From Octopus sinensis (lineage: Eukaryota): a stretch of DNA of 64,000 nucleotides. How positions within the stretch are numbered: the first letter of the stretch is position 1; each line of letters starts with the position of its first letter. The translations under genes and the position numbers were made by a program. The notes beneath the pieces were generated by a model that saw only the letters and a list, made by a program, of their open reading frames with translations, was not told the DNA's origin and searched no databases. The stretch lies in NCBI RefSeq assembly GCF_006345805.1, contig NC_043007.1, positions 63,054,001 through 63,118,000 on the forward strand, written 5' to 3'. Below are positions 61,884-64,000 of this stretch, one piece after another.

Positions 61884-63152
61884 CAGTGGGGGGAAATAAA
61901 TATTCGTACATGTCAAAATTCTTTAGTTAATATCTAATGAACAATGAACATAAATGGGATATACCAATACTATATATGCATACACCTGCATAAACTAAGA
62001 ATATGCAAAAGAAACTAATAAATTATAGTAACTAAGGAATTTATATACAGTTATAAATATTTAGGTGTGAAAAAAGTATTTGTACAGAATAAATTTATGA
62101 TTTTCTATGCCACAAAATACTGTTAAAATATTTTTTTTACTAGAACTTTCTCGTTTGTTCAAATAATCTTATGTCATTTTTAAGTGTCAAAACTCTAGCT
62201 TCTTCATTCAGCATTGAGACAACATAAAGTTGTATCGTAATAAAGGCAAAAAGTAAAGAACTCACAAATTCAGTGAAAAACTTAATTATTGAACAGTGGA
62301 AAGCAGATAAAAGTTACAGGAAAATATCAGAGACCCTTTGTATTCTATTTTCTACCATATCTTCATATATTCAAAGTTATAAAATAATCGGGAACTGTTG
62401 AAAACAGAATGAGATCCGGTGCACCACGCAAGATTTCCCCTAGATCTTTAAGAAGAATGAAGCGAAGAATTGGAAAAAATGCAATGATCACCAGAAAGGA
62501 GTTGTAAGAAGATTTGTTAGCTTCAGGGACTAGTGTTACACTATGAACAATCAGCAATGAACTTCATAGGAATGAACTGAAATCACGCTCTCCTAGAAAA
62601 ACTTCGCTGTTGACTAAAAGGCATAGAGATGCCCATTTAAAATTTGTTTATGAACATAAAGATAAATCTGAAACATTCTGAGAAAATGTTCTATGGACAG
62701 ACGAGTCGAAAATTGAATTGTTTAGACAAAATTCGCGTAGCCATGTTTGGAGGAAAGATGGTACAGCCTATTTGCCGCAAAACACAATTCCTACTGTAAA
62801 GTTTGGAGGTGGCAACATCATGGTGTGGGAGTGTTTCTCTGCAAATGGTACTGGCAATTTACATGTGATAGATGGTAGAATGAATGCAGAGATGTACCAA
62901 AATATTTTGAACAATGATTTATGGGACTCTGTAGAAAAGCCCCAGCTTTGTGAAGGGTGGGTTTTACAACAGGATAACGATCCTAAGCAAACGGCAAAAT
63001 CTACCAAAAAATGGATTGTCAATCACAATATAAAATTATTAGAATGGCCAAGCCAGTCACCTGACTTGAACCCCATTGAAAATTTGTGGCAATATTTGAA
63101 AATTAAAATTCATTCAAGAGCCCCCCACCATGCATTGCAGATTTGAAGAAAA
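61884..63152 (+). mobile_element. Tc1-like transposon with pseudogenised transposase, truncated by the assembly gap
   Basis: TA-CAGTGGGGGGAAATAAATATTCG end; [31 protein letters not shown] and [15 protein letters not shown] motifs; in-frame stops upstream. Confidence 0.92.
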
Positions 63153-63252
63153 NNNNNNNNNNNNNNNNNNNNNNNNNNNNNNNNNNNNNNNNNNNNNNNN
63201 NNNNNNNNNNNNNNNNNNNNNNNNNNNNNNNNNNNNNNNNNNNNNNNNNNNN
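63153..63252. other. Assembly gap (100 N)
   Basis: Run of N. Confidence 1.
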
Positions 63253-63330
63253 TTATCCTACATTAGATATATATATATATATATATACACATACATATTA
63301 TATATATACATATATATATATCCACATACA

Positions 63331-64000
63331 CACGGGCTGGACAAAATAATCGAAACACCTTAAAATTTCAAACAAATTTATTTTAATATGGGGTAGAACC
63401 GCCTTTGGCAGTAATTACAGCTTGAATTCTATGAGGTGTGGAGTTGTGCAAACTTTGAATTGTTTCCAAAGGAATTTTTGTCCATTCTTCAGCTAAAACA
63501 GTCTCCAGTTCTTGTAGTGACAATGGTGGAGGTTATCGACACCTTGTTTTTCTAAAATGCACCATAAATGTTCAATAATATTGAAATCTGGGGACTGTGG
63601 TGGCCAGATAAGATATTCAACTTCACTAGAATGTTCCTCATGCCATTCAGTAACAACTTTAGCCATGTGCATTGGTGCATTATCATCCTGAAAGATTGCG
63701 TTTCCCTCCAGAAACAGTTCGCAACCATAGGATGAATTTGATCAGAAAAAATGTTTAAATAGTCTTGACTATTAATTCTGCCTATTAATTTCCAAGACAT
63801 AGCCCCCCACTCCGATCATCACAGATCCTTCTCTATGTTTAACAGTTGGAAGAAGGCTGTCTTAGTCAAATGCTTCTTTTGGCTGTCTCCATACGTATAC
63901 TCGGCCAGTGGTTGGAAATAAGGTAAAGGATGATTTGTCCAAGAAAATAACATTCTTCCACTGCTCAAGGGACCGATTCTGTAGGCTTTTACTCCACTCT
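63331..64000 (-). mobile_element. Second Tc1-like transposon, 3' part, runs off the window
   Basis: End sequence CACGGGCTGGACAAAATAATCGAAACACC; minus-strand FQDDNAPMH and WPPQSPDFNIIEHLW motifs. Confidence 0.88.

Noticed and set aside
63130-63363. ORFs spanning the N run; apparent adjacency of two Tc1 elements
   Set aside because: Assembly gap of placeholder length, so the true spacing is unknown.

Overview
AT-rich, microsatellite-dense animal genomic DNA. The SINE, RTE and Helitron repertoire suggests an octopus (coleoid cephalopod); this is inferred, not proven. The first ~21 kb holds the last four coding exons of an Ena/VASP gene on the + strand (F-actin-binding motif through the tetramerisation coiled coil, stop at 16835-16837), then a probable long 3' UTR. 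Its introns contain a ~300-bp-arm inverted repeat, an inverted MITE pair around the penultimate exon and a candidate 12-nt microexon. The rest is mostly decayed transposons: three SINE families, RTE and CR1-like LINEs, two Gypsy fragments, a full-length mariner, two Tc1 copies, Helitrons and TTAA/TA MITEs. It also has a 1.05-kb tandem duplication and a few weak minus-strand exon candidates. The most notable unannotated signal is a cluster at 35-39 kb, plus one copy at 46.5 kb, of short non-coding elements next to (TA)n tracts. They carry minimal type I hammerhead ribozyme motifs resembling Penelope-like pLTRs or retrozymes. Most occur as outward-facing inverted pairs, and one family has a non-canonical CUGUYGA-A core. 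Repeat boundaries were read by eye and are approximate unless exact motifs are quoted.
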